In this document: piece after piece, positions 9,631 to 19,225 of the stretch | Numbering within the stretch: the first letter of the stretch is position 1 | Layout of the letters: each line of letters begins with the position of its first letter | Source: an uncultured cyanobacterium | Lineage (GTDB): Bacteria; Cyanobacteriota; Cyanobacteriia; PCC-6307; Cyanobiaceae | DNA length: 64,000 nt | Direction of reading: 5' to 3' | Assembly: GCA_963765575.1 (NCBI GenBank) | Contig: CAVXWZ010000008.1 | Location: forward strand, 1-64,000 | Notes under the pieces: generated by a model | Seen by the model: only the letters and a program-made list of their open reading frames with translations | The model's database searches: none | Told to the model about the DNA's origin: nothing | Made by a program: the position numbers and the translations under genes

Positions 9631-11043
9631 ATGCTTGCCACTCTCGATGTCGTGACCCTGTCACGGCTGCAGTTCGCTCTGACGGCGATCTTTCACATGC
9701 TCTGGCCCGTGCTCTCCACCGGCCTGGCGATCTATCTGGTGGTGCTGGAAGCCATCTGGCTGCGCACACGCAACCCCCTTTACTACCGCCAGGCCCGCTT
9801 CTGGGCGAAGCTCTACGTGCTCAATTTCGGCATCGGCGTGGCCTCCGGGCTGCCGATGGAGTTCCAGTTCGGCACCAACTGGGCGCCGCTGTCGGAGTTC
9901 GCCGGTGATTTCTTCGGGTCGGTGCTGGGCTTCGAGGGGGCGATGGCCTTCATGCTCGAGGCCGGCTTCCTCGGGATCATGTTGTTCGGCTGGCAGAAGG
10001 TGCCGCCGGTGATCCACTTCCTCTCCACCGTGATGGTGGCCTTCGGCGCCAACCTCTCGGTGTTCTGGATCCTCAGCGCCAACTCCTGGCTGCAGACTCC
10101 GTCGGGCGGCACTTTTTCCGAGGGCCATTTCCACGTGCAGAACTACTTCGCCGCCATCAACAACCCCTTCATGGTGAGGAGCGTGATCCACATGGCCCTG
10201 GCCACGGTGGAAACCTCCATGCTGGTGGTGGCCGCGATCAGTGCCTGGTCGCTGATGCGCCAGAAGGCACCGGAGTTCTTCCTGTTCTCCTTCAAGCTGG
10301 CGCTGGTGATCCTGCTGGCGGTGGCGCCGCTGCAGATCCTGGCCGGCCACGAAAGCGCCGTGCAGGTGGCCGAGCATCAGCCCACCAAGCTGGCGGCGAT
10401 CGAGGCCCTCTGGGACGACCAGGCCGCCGGCAGCTCCCCTGCCTGGACCGTGCTGGCTTCCCCCGATGAGGCCAGCGGCAGCAACCGCTGGAGCCTGTCG
10501 GTGCCGGGCGCCTTCAGCTGGATCCTGGAGACGCGGCCGCAGCTCAGCCAGCCGCTGCGTGGGCTCAACAGCTGGCCCGCCGATCAGCGGCCCCACATGG
10601 TGGGTCTGCTCTTCTATGCCTTCCGGGTGATGGTGGCGATCGGCCTGGCTGCGGCGGCCCTGATGGCCCTCAGCCTGCTGCTCTGGTGGCGAGGGGGCCT
10701 CAGCGCCGCCAGCTTCGCCCAGTGGCCCTGGTTCAGCTGGGCCTGGATCCTTTCGGCCCCGGCCGGCTACCTGGCGATTGAATCCGGCTGGGTGGTGCGT
10801 TGCGTGGGCCGCCAGCCCTGGACGGTCTACGGCCAGCTGCGAACCGCCGATGCCGCCTCGGTGCTGCCGGTGGGCGAGGTTCTCACCAGCTTGAGTGTGT
10901 TCGCTGTGCTTTACACAGTCTTGCTGGTCTTCGCACTGTATTTCGGCTCCCGGATCATCGCCAAGGGGCCGAATCTCACCCTTGAGCCGCCTGCTGGCCT
11001 TGCCACCGCCGTGATCCTTTCCGACCCATCGGCGAGCGCCTGA
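9631..11043 (+). CDS. cydA: Cytochrome bd ubiquinol/plastoquinol oxidase subunit I
   Basis: SRLQFALTAIFH, EFQFGTNW, QPTKLAAIE, GRQPW. Confidence 0.97.
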   Translation: MLATLDVVTLSRLQFALTAIFHMLWPVLSTGLAIYLVVLEAIWLRTRNPLYYRQARFWAKLYVLNFGIGVASGLPMEFQFGTNWAPLSEFAGDFFGSVLGFEGAMAFMLEAGFLGIMLFGWQKVPPVIHFLSTVMVAFGANLSVFWILSANSWLQTPSGGTFSEGHFHVQNYFAAINNPFMVRSVIHMALATVETSMLVVAAISAWSLMRQKAPEFFLFSFKLALVILLAVAPLQILAGHESAVQVAEHQPTKLAAIEALWDDQAAGSSPAWTVLASPDEASGSNRWSLSVPGAFSWILETRPQLSQPLRGLNSWPADQRPHMVGLLFYAFRVMVAIGLAAAALMALSLLLWWRGGLSAASFAQWPWFSWAWILSAPAGYLAIESGWVVRCVGRQPWTVYGQLRTADAASVLPVGEVLTSLSVFAVLYTVLLVFALYFGSRIIAKGPNLTLEPPAGLATAVILSDPSASA

Positions 11044-11045
11044 GC

Positions 11046-12047
11046 ATGGAGTTCCTCGAATGGTTCATGCCCACGGTCTGGTTTGTGATCCTGGCCCTGT
11101 TCCTGCTGCTCTATGTGATCCTCGATGGTTTTGATCTGGGGGTGGGCATCCTCTCGCTCACCTCCCCCAGCGAATCCCAGCGCACGATCCTGATGACCAG
11201 CCTCGGCAATGTGTGGGATGCCAACGAAACCTGGCTGGTGCTGATGGGCGGCGCCCTGTTCGGAGCCTTTCCCCTGGCCTATGGCACCATCCTCAAGGCC
11301 CTCTACGGCCCCATCTACCTGATGATCCTGGGGCTGATCCTGCGGGCGGTCGCCTTCGAGTTCCGCGAAAACGCCATCAACAAGCGGCCCTGGAACCTGA
11401 TGTTCGGCATCGGCAGCGTGCTGGCCGCTGGCTCCCAGGGCATCTGTCTGGGCACGGTGCTTTCGGGCATCCCCACCGATGCCGCAGGCCACTTCACAGG
11501 CTCCGCCTGGATCTGGGTGAACCCCAGCAGCCTGCTGGTGGCTCTCACGCTCATCCAGGGCTACGTGCTGATCGGCTCCACCTACCTGATCCTCAAAACC
11601 AGTGGTGAGCTGCAGCGGCTGCATGTGCGCACCGCCCGCCTGGCGGCTGCCACCACCCTGGGCGGGGCCCTGCTGATCACCTTCACGGCGCCGTTCGCGT
11701 CGGAAGCGCTGCGGCAGCGCCTGTTCGATCCCGCGTTTCTGCCCTTCTTCGTGGTGTTGCCGCTGCTGGGCGTCGCCCTGATCGTTCAGCTGTTCCGCAG
11801 CCTGGCGATGCAGCAGGAAGTATGGCCGTTCGTTTACACCGTGCTGCTGTTCATCCTCAGCTTTGCTGGGCTGGGGGTGATGGTGTTTCCGGCGGTGATT
11901 CCGCCGTCGGTCACGATCTTTCAGGCGTCGTCGTCGGTGAGTTCGATGGTGTTCATGCTCACCTTCATCGGCGTGCTGATTCCGATCATGCTCTTCTACA
12001 ACATCTACAACTACATCGCCTTCCGAGGCAAGGTGAGTGCCGAATGA
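11046..12047 (+). CDS. cydB: Cytochrome bd oxidase subunit II
   Basis: LDGFDLGVG, WDANETWL, FGAFP, FRGKV. Confidence 0.97.
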   Translation: MEFLEWFMPTVWFVILALFLLLYVILDGFDLGVGILSLTSPSESQRTILMTSLGNVWDANETWLVLMGGALFGAFPLAYGTILKALYGPIYLMILGLILRAVAFEFRENAINKRPWNLMFGIGSVLAAGSQGICLGTVLSGIPTDAAGHFTGSAWIWVNPSSLLVALTLIQGYVLIGSTYLILKTSGELQRLHVRTARLAAATTLGGALLITFTAPFASEALRQRLFDPAFLPFFVVLPLLGVALIVQLFRSLAMQQEVWPFVYTVLLFILSFAGLGVMVFPAVIPPSVTIFQASSSVSSMVFMLTFIGVLIPIMLFYNIYNYIAFRGKVSAE

Positions 12048-12105
12048 GGAAAACCGCTGGCCTCCAGCACGATCAATCCCCCCCTAGGATGTATCGAAAC
12101 CCCCT

Positions 12106-12609
12106 ATGTCTCGCCTTCGCTCGCTCCTGCTGGGGGTCGCCCTCGCCCTCTGCCTGCTGATCTCAGCGCCTCAGGGCGCCGCTGCGGCCACCACGATCGC
12201 CCCTCCGGATGCCACGGTTGCTGCAGGCGAGGCAGCTGCCATTGACTCCGCAGTGGAGCAGTACCTCTCCAACCTGCCGGGTGATTTTCACGCGATCCGA
12301 TCGGTGCCAGCCCTGAAGCGCCTGCTCGCCAGCGGCAACGTGTCACTGATTGACGTGCGAACCCCTGCTGAGTACCGGGCGGGACACATTGCCGGAGCCA
12401 TCAACAGACCGTTGAACGATCTCAGCCGCCACGTGGCTGAGATTTCCCCGGAGCGAGAGGTGGTGCTCTATTGCTCCAGCGGATTTCGCTCTGCCATGGG
12501 AGTGATGGCGCTGCAGCTTGAGGGCCGCCACCAGGTGAAGGGCTTTGCACCCAGCATCGAAGGCTGGAAGGCGGCCGGTGAGCCCGTGGTGACGACTGAA
12601 GGCGTGTAG
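12106..12609 (+). CDS. Secreted rhodanese-domain protein
   Basis: Signal peptide; IDVRTPAEY..GHIAGA, YCSSGFRS. Confidence 0.85.
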   Translation: MSRLRSLLLGVALALCLLISAPQGAAAATTIAPPDATVAAGEAAAIDSAVEQYLSNLPGDFHAIRSVPALKRLLASGNVSLIDVRTPAEYRAGHIAGAINRPLNDLSRHVAEISPEREVVLYCSSGFRSAMGVMALQLEGRHQVKGFAPSIEGWKAAGEPVVTTEGV

Positions 12610-12773
12610 GCCTCGCGAACGTGGGCGGGGTGCGGATTGTGGGCAGCGGATTCGGCAGCGCTCACGCAGCGCGACCCTGGCTGCAACGCATCGATCCACC
12701 CGCAACGAACCACCAAGATCGCAAGGCCCTTGCTTCGTTGCTTCCCACACTGAAGGAACAAGCCTCCAGGCCG

Positions 12774-13211
12774 ATGAACCCGTCGATCAACCAGGCCCTG
12801 CGTCTGATCACCCTCTGGATCGCCTGGCTGCTGGCGATGCTCTTCCACGTGGACCTGGGTCTGATGCCCCTGTTCCACGGTCAGTCGCCCGAGATCCACA
12901 GCCATGTGCAGGAGGGGGCGCTGCCCTGGCTGTTCGGGGCGATGCTCGGCTACTTCCTGCTGCCGCTGATCGCGATCGTGCTGATCGCCTACGCCGCCAC
13001 CACGGTCGGTCCGGCCACGCGCTGGCGGCCCTGGCGGCGGATCCACTTCTGGTTCAGCGTCGTCTATTCGGTCACCAACGTCCCCCATCTCATCGCCGAC
13101 ATCCTGGTGCCCGATGCCCGCCTCGATCAGATCGTGCTGATGGTGGCCCTCACGGTCTTCGGGTTGCTGATCAACGTGGAGGCCTGGCGCTGGTGGCGGC
13201 AGACCCCATGA
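12774..13211 (+). CDS. Hypothetical 4-TM membrane protein
   Basis: Hydrophobic ORF (FHVDLGLMPLFHG motif) with coding-like GC3. Confidence 0.6.
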   Translation: MNPSINQALRLITLWIAWLLAMLFHVDLGLMPLFHGQSPEIHSHVQEGALPWLFGAMLGYFLLPLIAIVLIAYAATTVGPATRWRPWRRIHFWFSVVYSVTNVPHLIADILVPDARLDQIVLMVALTVFGLLINVEAWRWWRQTP

Positions 13212-13235
13212 CTCCATCAGTTTGACGAGGAAACG

Positions 13236-14376
13236 ATGCGCAGGCCTCGGAAAGGCTGGCTGCTGCCGCCGATGCTGGGAATGCTGCTCGGCCTGCTGCT
13301 GGCGCTCACTCCTTCGCTGGCCCCTGCCCAGCCCGGCACGGGGGGAGCGGAACTTCAGGTGTTCGTGCGTGAGGGCTGCCCCCATTGCGCCGCCGCCAAG
13401 GCGTTCCTCCCCGAACTGCAGAAGCTGCGACCAGGGATCCAGGTGCGGCTGCGGCCGCTCGAATCCGATCCCGCCGCGATCGACGACCTGCTGCGCTACT
13501 CCCGACAGGCCGGTATCGGTGCCCCTGGGGTACCCACGTTCGTCCTTGAAGGCCAGGTGCTGGTGGGGTTCGATGGCGCCGAGGGCCGCGGCAAGGAACT
13601 GCTCGACTCTGATCGATCGACGTGAGCGTGCCTCCGGCAACGTGAGCCTCGGCCGCTTCGGCAGCATCAGCGCCTCTGCGCTCGGCCTGCCGATCTTCAC
13701 CCTGGCCATGGGGCTGCTGGATGGCTTCAACCCCTGCGCGATGTGGGTGCTGCTGTTTCTGCTCTCGCTGCTGGTCCACTGGCGCGACCGGCGGCGCATG
13801 GCCCTGGTGGCCGGCACCTTTGTGTTCGTCAGCGGGGCCGTCTACTACGCCTTCATGGCGGCCTGGCTGAATGTCTTCCTGCTGCTGGGCTTCACCGCCT
13901 GGCTGCGGCTCCTGCTTGGTTCCCTGGCCCTGGTGCTGGGGGTGGTGAATCTGAGCGAGTTCTGGCGCAAGGGTCCGGGCTTCACCCTCTCGATTCCCGC
14001 CAGTGCCAAGCCGGGTCTCTACGCGCGTATGCGCGGGGTCATGCAGAGCCGGTCCCTGCCGGCAGCACTGGCCGCGGTGGCGGCTCTGGCGGTGGTGGTG
14101 AACGCGGTGGAACTGCTCTGCACCGCGGGGCTGCCGGCGGTCTACACCGCTGTGCTCAGTCAACAGAACCTTGCTGCGGCCGCCCATTACGGCTACCTGG
14201 GCCTCTACATCGTGGGCTACATCGCCGACGACGCCCTGATGGTTGGGTTCGCCGTGCTGGCGCTGAGCAGCAACAAACTCACCGAAGGCACGGGCCGGTG
14301 GCTGAAGCTCATCAGTGGAGTGGTGATGGTGGTCCTGGCCCTGCTTTTGCTGCTGCGGCCCGGCTGGCTGTTCTGA
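13236..14376 (+). CDS. Glutaredoxin/NrdH-like CxxC domain plus DsbD/CcdA-like membrane domain (frameshift ~13610)
   Basis: GCPHC and GVPTF thioredoxin fold; LDGFNPCAMW and ELLCTAG membrane Cys pair. Confidence 0.75.
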
Positions 14377-14386
14377 GCAGGCTCAC

Positions 14387-14854
14387 TCAGCGGCGGGTCC
14401 AGGTACCAATGTCGACGACGGAATCGAGATCGGAGGTGTGACGATAAACAACCTGAATCAGGTTGGGGCTGATGATCTTGCCATCCGTAAAGCCGTCTTC
14501 ATCAACGATGTACAAGCTGGCATTGTCATGCCCGAGCGTGCCGACGAACTTCTCCGTTGCGTACTTGGACTTGAAGACTCCGTGGAAAACCCGGCCCTGT
14601 TGCTTGGTGATTTGAGCAACGGCATTGAGATCACTGAAATCACCATGATGATGGGTCTTGCATCTCGATGCTTCGACTTTGCAGAGCACGGCCCCCTTCC
14701 CTTCAACCGTCCATGTGCCGATCAGGTTGGGTGTGACAGGTGCGGCCAAAGCAGCAGAGAAGGTTCCTGCGCTGACAAGAGTCGTCACGCCGGCCATGGC
14801 CAGCCGTGCCGTGAGAGGTTTTGCGATGGAATTCGCGACCACAGCATAATTCAT
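14387..14854 (-). CDS. Hypothetical secreted protein (lower-GC insert)
   Basis: Signal-like N-terminus, NLIGTW beta-rich ORF. Confidence 0.55.
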   Translation of the reverse strand: MNYAVVANSIAKPLTARLAMAGVTTLVSAGTFSAALAAPVTPNLIGTWTVEGKGAVLCKVEASRCKTHHHGDFSDLNAVAQITKQQGRVFHGVFKSKYATEKFVGTLGHDNASLYIVDEDGFTDGKIISPNLIQVVYRHTSDLDSVVDIGTWTRR

Positions 14855-15122
14855 TAGCCTTTAAGAGAACACCTCATCTATACCCTAGCCATAGAAGACA
14901 ATCATGAGTCAAGCGCGCAAACTAATGACATGTCGGCAGGCAAGGATCTTCCTGACGAGATTGCGAATCGGAGCGATTGATCCGTGCATGACGATGCCAG
15001 GCAACGGCAATGTATTTACTGCGGAGTCTATCCAAACGGTAAGAGAGACAGCCCGAACCAACTGAATGATGGCCGCACGATGGGGAGATTCCCTGCGCAA
15101 CGCCCATCCATGAGAGCCAGGG

Positions 15123-15659
15123 CTACCGCCAGTCGAGACCGGGCAGAAAGGGAACGATCGCCGGGGTGGAGGTCATGTAATCGGCATAGCCGCTGTGCAT
15201 GGAACACAGGCGCTGCTCCTCCCGTCGTGCCTTGAGGCTGAGCACGGTCGCCAGCGCCAGCAGCAGGCCCAGGTGCAGCAGGCTGCCGAGGGCCAGGGTC
15301 ACCCCCAGGGAACAGAGCAGCAGTGACTGGTAGAGGGGATGGCGGCAACGGCCGTAGGCCCCCTCGGTGACCAGGGGCGCCCCGGGCATCGGCTCCGGCA
15401 GCGGACTGAGACTGTCCCCGAGGTTCAGGGCCCCCTGGGCGCCGAGGACCAGGCCGATCAGGACGGTGAGCCCGCCGATCAGGCGCAGCGCCAGGGGCCA
15501 GTGAATCCCCAGATCCGAGGGGGGAGGCGTTGGCGGCAGCCAGTGGGCGGCGATCAGGATCATCTGCGCCAGTACCCACCACTCGCCGTGGCGGTTGTCC
15601 CGCAGACCCTCCCAGGAGAAGCCCCACTTCTGCATTCGTTCGCTCAGTTGGCTCAGCAT
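15123..15659 (-). CDS. Isoprenylcysteine carboxylmethyltransferase (ICMT/PEMT)-family membrane methyltransferase
   Basis: LVTEGAY..CRHPLY, KARREE..L, YADY..STP..VP. Confidence 0.85.
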   Translation of the reverse strand: MLSQLSERMQKWGFSWEGLRDNRHGEWWVLAQMILIAAHWLPPTPPPSDLGIHWPLALRLIGGLTVLIGLVLGAQGALNLGDSLSPLPEPMPGAPLVTEGAYGRCRHPLYQSLLLCSLGVTLALGSLLHLGLLLALATVLSLKARREEQRLCSMHSGYADYMTSTPAIVPFLPGLDWR

Positions 15660-16324
15660 GATTCGATCTCGTCAGGTGAAGGGGGTGGGCCTGGCTGGCG
15701 CCACAGGCCGAGCCACTCGTCGTTGCGCTTGTCCACCGAACCGGTGGCCGGCTCCCAGATCTCCGGCACCAGGCCGGCCTGGCGCAGCTGGGCTTCCACC
15801 AGCTCCGGGTCACTGCCCCAGGGCGGGCCGCCTGGCTGGCGGTGGCACCAGAACAGCCCCAGCAGCCAGCCGCCTGGCGTGAGCAGTCGGCACGCGGTGG
15901 CGATGTAGTCCTCCCGCAGGCCGGGATCGATGGCGCAGAAGCAGGTGTGCTCCACGATCCCGCTGAGGCTGCCGGGAGTCAGGCCCGCCGCCTCCAGGGC
16001 CTGCCGGTCGAACAGATCAGCCTGCAGCCACTGCAGGCTGGCGCGGTCCTCGCCATGGAGCCTGCGGGCCTCGCGCAAGGCCTCGACACTGAAATCCAGG
16101 CCGATGGCCCAGAAACCGAGGTCTTCGAGGAGGGCGACCTCATGGCCGCGTCCGCAGCCAGGCACCAGCACCCTGCCCGGCGACTGGGGCGCCAGAGGAT
16201 GGCTGCGCAGGAAGCGGGCCAGGGGTGGAGCGGGCTGGCCCAGCTCCCAGCCGTCACTGCCTTCCTGGTAGCGCTGGTCCCAGCGGCTCGCATCGGCGAT
16301 GGGGAACTGACTGGAGGGACTCAC
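15653..16324 (-). CDS. Thiopurine/thiol-halide S-methyltransferase family protein
   Basis: WDQRY..WELG.PAP, VLVPGCGRGHE, EHTCFCAIDP, GGPPWG; GTG start after GGAGG. Confidence 0.85.
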   Translation of the reverse strand: MSPSSQFPIADASRWDQRYQEGSDGWELGQPAPPLARFLRSHPLAPQSPGRVLVPGCGRGHEVALLEDLGFWAIGLDFSVEALREARRLHGEDRASLQWLQADLFDRQALEAAGLTPGSLSGIVEHTCFCAIDPGLREDYIATACRLLTPGGWLLGLFWCHRQPGGPPWGSDPELVEAQLRQAGLVPEIWEPATGSVDKRNDEWLGLWRQPGPPPSPDEIESC

Positions 16325-16473
16325 GCCTCCAGCTTGCCTCGCACAATCACAGCATGCGACTAAAGGCATGGAGACATTGCCGTACCTTGAGAGGCTCCCG
16401 TCCATGCCTCCTTGGCTGGTGGTTAGACAGCGAAGCAGTGTTAGACCGAGGAAATGATGCTGCAGACAGACAC

Positions 16474-16665
16474 TCACTGCCGCAGACTTGCCATGCAGGC
16501 AATCAGCAGAAACACGACAAGCGCACACAGCAGTGAAGCACCAACCGAGAATGGCTTGCTAGTTCGAAATTGTTCACGGCGTAGCTGCGGATACCGCATC
16601 AAGAGAAAGACCGAAACCGAAGCAAACACGCCGACAGTCAGGATCAAGGTCTTTGGTGCGTTCAT
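16474..16665 (-). CDS. Small 2-TM hypothetical protein
   Basis: 63-aa ORF with two hydrophobic stretches in a lower-GC insert. Confidence 0.35.
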   Translation of the reverse strand: MNAPKTLILTVGVFASVSVFLLMRYPQLRREQFRTSKPFSVGASLLCALVVFLLIACMASLRQ

Positions 16666-16669
16666 CGTT

Positions 16670-17206
16670 GCTCCTGGAGTCGGTTTGAACGCCACAGTCA
16701 CGGGGGCGGCGAGGAGATCCTGGTCCTGGAGGGCACCTTCTCCGACGGGCGGGGAGACTATCCGGCCGGCACCTACCTGCGCAATCCCGTGGGCTCCAGC
16801 CATGCGCCCTTCAGTGAGGGGGGGCTGCACGCTCCTGGTGAAGCTGCACCAGATGCACCCTGCCGATCAGCACCGCCTGATGATCGACACCACCCGCGAG
16901 CCCTGGCGACCGGGCCTGGTACGTGGGCTGGAGGTGATGCCGCTGCACGCCTTCGGGTCGGAGCATGTGGCCCTGGTGCGCTGGGCTCCGGGCAAGGTGT
17001 TTCAGCCCCACGGCCATCCCGGCGGCGAGGAGATCGTGGTGCTCGAGGGGGTGTTTCAGGACGAGCAGGGCAGCTATCCCGCCGGCAGCTGGCTGCGCAA
17101 TCCTGCCGGCAGTGCGCACCAGCCCTGGAGTGAGGCGGGCTGCACCATCTGGGTCAAGACCGGCCATCTGCCGACCACCCAGGGGCCCGATGGCTCAGAC
17201 GCATGA
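16670..17206 (+). pseudogene. ChrR-like double-cupin protein, 5'-truncated
   Basis: [24 protein letters not shown] and [25 protein letters not shown]-terminus absent. Confidence 0.75.
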
Positions 17207-17812
17207 GGCCCGAGCCTCCCGCAGGATCCGCCGGCCGCCGTTCAGGACCAGCAGGCTGATGGCGCCGCCGATCAGCAGATCAGGGATGCGGCTGCCACTC
17301 CAGGCCACCAGCAGGCCGGCCACGATCACGCCCAGGTTGGCCAGGGTGTCATTGGTGGAGAAGATCACTGAGGCCCGCATGTGCACGCCGCCCTCGCGGT
17401 GCCGGCGCACCAGCACCAGACAGAGCAGGTTGGCCAGCAGGGCCAGGGTGCCGATGCCCACCATCAGGGCGCTGATCGGTTCACTGCCCAGCGCAGTGCG
17501 CCTCAGCACATCCAGCAGCACCCAGATCGCCAGGATGATCTGCATCCGGCCGCTGAGCACGGCGGTCCGCCGCTGCTGCGTCATGCTGCGGCCCACGGCT
17601 CCCAGGCTGAGGCCATAGACGCCCGCGTCGGCCAGCATGTCGATGGAATCAGCAATCAGGCCGGCGGAGCCTGCCCGCAGGCCAACAGCCAGTTCCACCA
17701 CAAACATGGCGGCGTTGATCACCAGCACCATCCAGAGGGTGCGGCGCTGCAGTTCAGCTGCCTGCTCGGCTCCACAGCCGCAACCCACCGCCTTGCTGCT
17801 GCCTTGGGCCAT
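17195..17812 (-). CDS. CDF-family cation (Co/Zn/Cd) efflux transporter, short form
   Basis: LIADSIDMLADA, HMRASVIFSTND; N-terminal CGC. Confidence 0.85.
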   Translation of the reverse strand: MAQGSSKAVGCGCGAEQAAELQRRTLWMVLVINAAMFVVELAVGLRAGSAGLIADSIDMLADAGVYGLSLGAVGRSMTQQRRTAVLSGRMQIILAIWVLLDVLRRTALGSEPISALMVGIGTLALLANLLCLVLVRRHREGGVHMRASVIFSTNDTLANLGVIVAGLLVAWSGSRIPDLLIGGAISLLVLNGGRRILREARASCV

Positions 17813-17854
17813 AGCGCGAGGGCTGCAATCACGTCTCAGGTCCCCGCAAGCTAG

Positions 17855-17879
17855 GAGCCGTGTTGTGGCCGCAAGGCTC
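17855..17879. promoter_or_regulatory. Possible MerR-type (CadR/ZntR-like) operator upstream of the CDF gene
   Basis: Imperfect palindrome GAGCCgtgttgtggccgcaaGGCTC. Confidence 0.3.
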
Positions 17880-17901
17880 TGATCAGACTCCTTCCCACAA
17901 C

Positions 17902-17930
17902 AAAGCCCGGAGCGTTGGCCCCGGGCGTTT
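17902..17930. terminator. Intrinsic terminator-like hairpin
   Basis: AAAGCCCGG-N10-CCGGGCGTTT stem with T-runs on both strands. Confidence 0.45.
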
Positions 17931-18352
17931 GTCTGCTCAGCCGTGGTGCCTGCCCAAGGGGGTCGGGCGCAGCTGTGCGTGGTTTGTGCTTGGCAACAGC
18001 CGTGATCGTTTTCAGATCAGGGTGTTTTCAGTTGTGGTCGGAGCTGCGGGCGCTGGCACCTGGGGCCAGGTGTCTATCGGGACGTTCCGTTGGGTCCGGG
18101 GCACCTGAAGCGGTGCAATGGACGGCGACTTGGCTACACGCCAGGAACGTCAGTAATCCGTCGAGAGTGTTGGAGCAGGGGCCGGATCGTCAGCTCACTC
18201 CTGACGGTTGCTCAGGTGGGGTGTCTTCCATGTTCTGGAGCCTCCCGGGTGTCGATGCAGTCACGATCGGACGGCTGGCCGTCGGGGGCAAGAGCTGGAG
18301 CACGAACGAAACCGCTCTTCACCAAGGGCAATGGGGCTTCATGAAGGGGACT

Positions 18353-19186
18353 TCACGGCTGAAGGACAGGCCCCCTCGGTGGCCCCGGCAGGATCCCAAG
18401 GGCCTGAAGGCTGCTGCGCCCCAGCCGCTCGCGTTTTGGGGCATCGGCAGCGCCGGCCATGGCGATGTTGAGGGCGAAAGGAGTGATCTGGTCCCCTTTC
18501 TGCACCCAGCCCACCCACCAGCCCACGCCAGGGCCAGGGCCAGGGGCGTTCTGCCAGCCGGTCTTGGCATGCAGGCTCCAGCCCGGACCTGAATCCACCT
18601 GGGTGATCTCGGCCACCTGCTGCTGTGCCCTCCGGGGGAAGGGCAGGCGCTGATGGGCCAGGCCGGAGAGGAACCGGGTCTGCTCCACCGCACTGATCGC
18701 CAGCGGGCCCCGCAGCCAGAAGGTGGTGACGTTGCTGCCGATCTGTTCGTTGCCATAGCCCAGGCGCTGAATGGCTTCGCGCATTCGGGTCAGGCCGATG
18801 CGTCGCGCCAGCTCCTGATAAAGCGGCACGTTCGAGACCCGCATCGCTCCGCGCAGCCCCATGGGTTCGAGCCACTCGCGCATGAACGGGTTGGCATCGC
18901 CGGTGTAGGGGATCACCGCATCCACGTTCTGCTCGGCGCCCAGGGACAGACCGATCAGGGCATTGGCGACTTTGAAGGTGGAGGCCGGCACAAAACGCTC
19001 TTCGGCCCGCTCACGGTTGTGGCCGCGCAGTTCCCCGCGGCCTTCATCCAGCAGCACGAAGGTGCCATCCACGCCGGCGTCGCGGAACAGGGCCGTCACT
19101 GCCGGCTCGTCTCGCCAGGGCGTTGTGGCCGCAGCTGTCGGCAGGGCCAGCACAGCCACCGCGACCAGCGTGAATGGCTTGATCAT
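18353..19186 (-). CDS. Class D (OXA-like) beta-lactamase
   Basis: Signal peptide; PASTFK, SNV, YGN, FWL, KTG motifs in canonical order. Confidence 0.9.
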   Translation of the reverse strand: MIKPFTLVAVAVLALPTAAATTPWRDEPAVTALFRDAGVDGTFVLLDEGRGELRGHNRERAEERFVPASTFKVANALIGLSLGAEQNVDAVIPYTGDANPFMREWLEPMGLRGAMRVSNVPLYQELARRIGLTRMREAIQRLGYGNEQIGSNVTTFWLRGPLAISAVEQTRFLSGLAHQRLPFPRRAQQQVAEITQVDSGPGWSLHAKTGWQNAPGPGPGVGWWVGWVQKGDQITPFALNIAMAGAADAPKRERLGRSSLQALGILPGPPRGPVLQP

Positions 19187-19225
19187 GGATGTCGGCAAGG
19201 AATGAAGGCCAACCTCGCCCCACCC

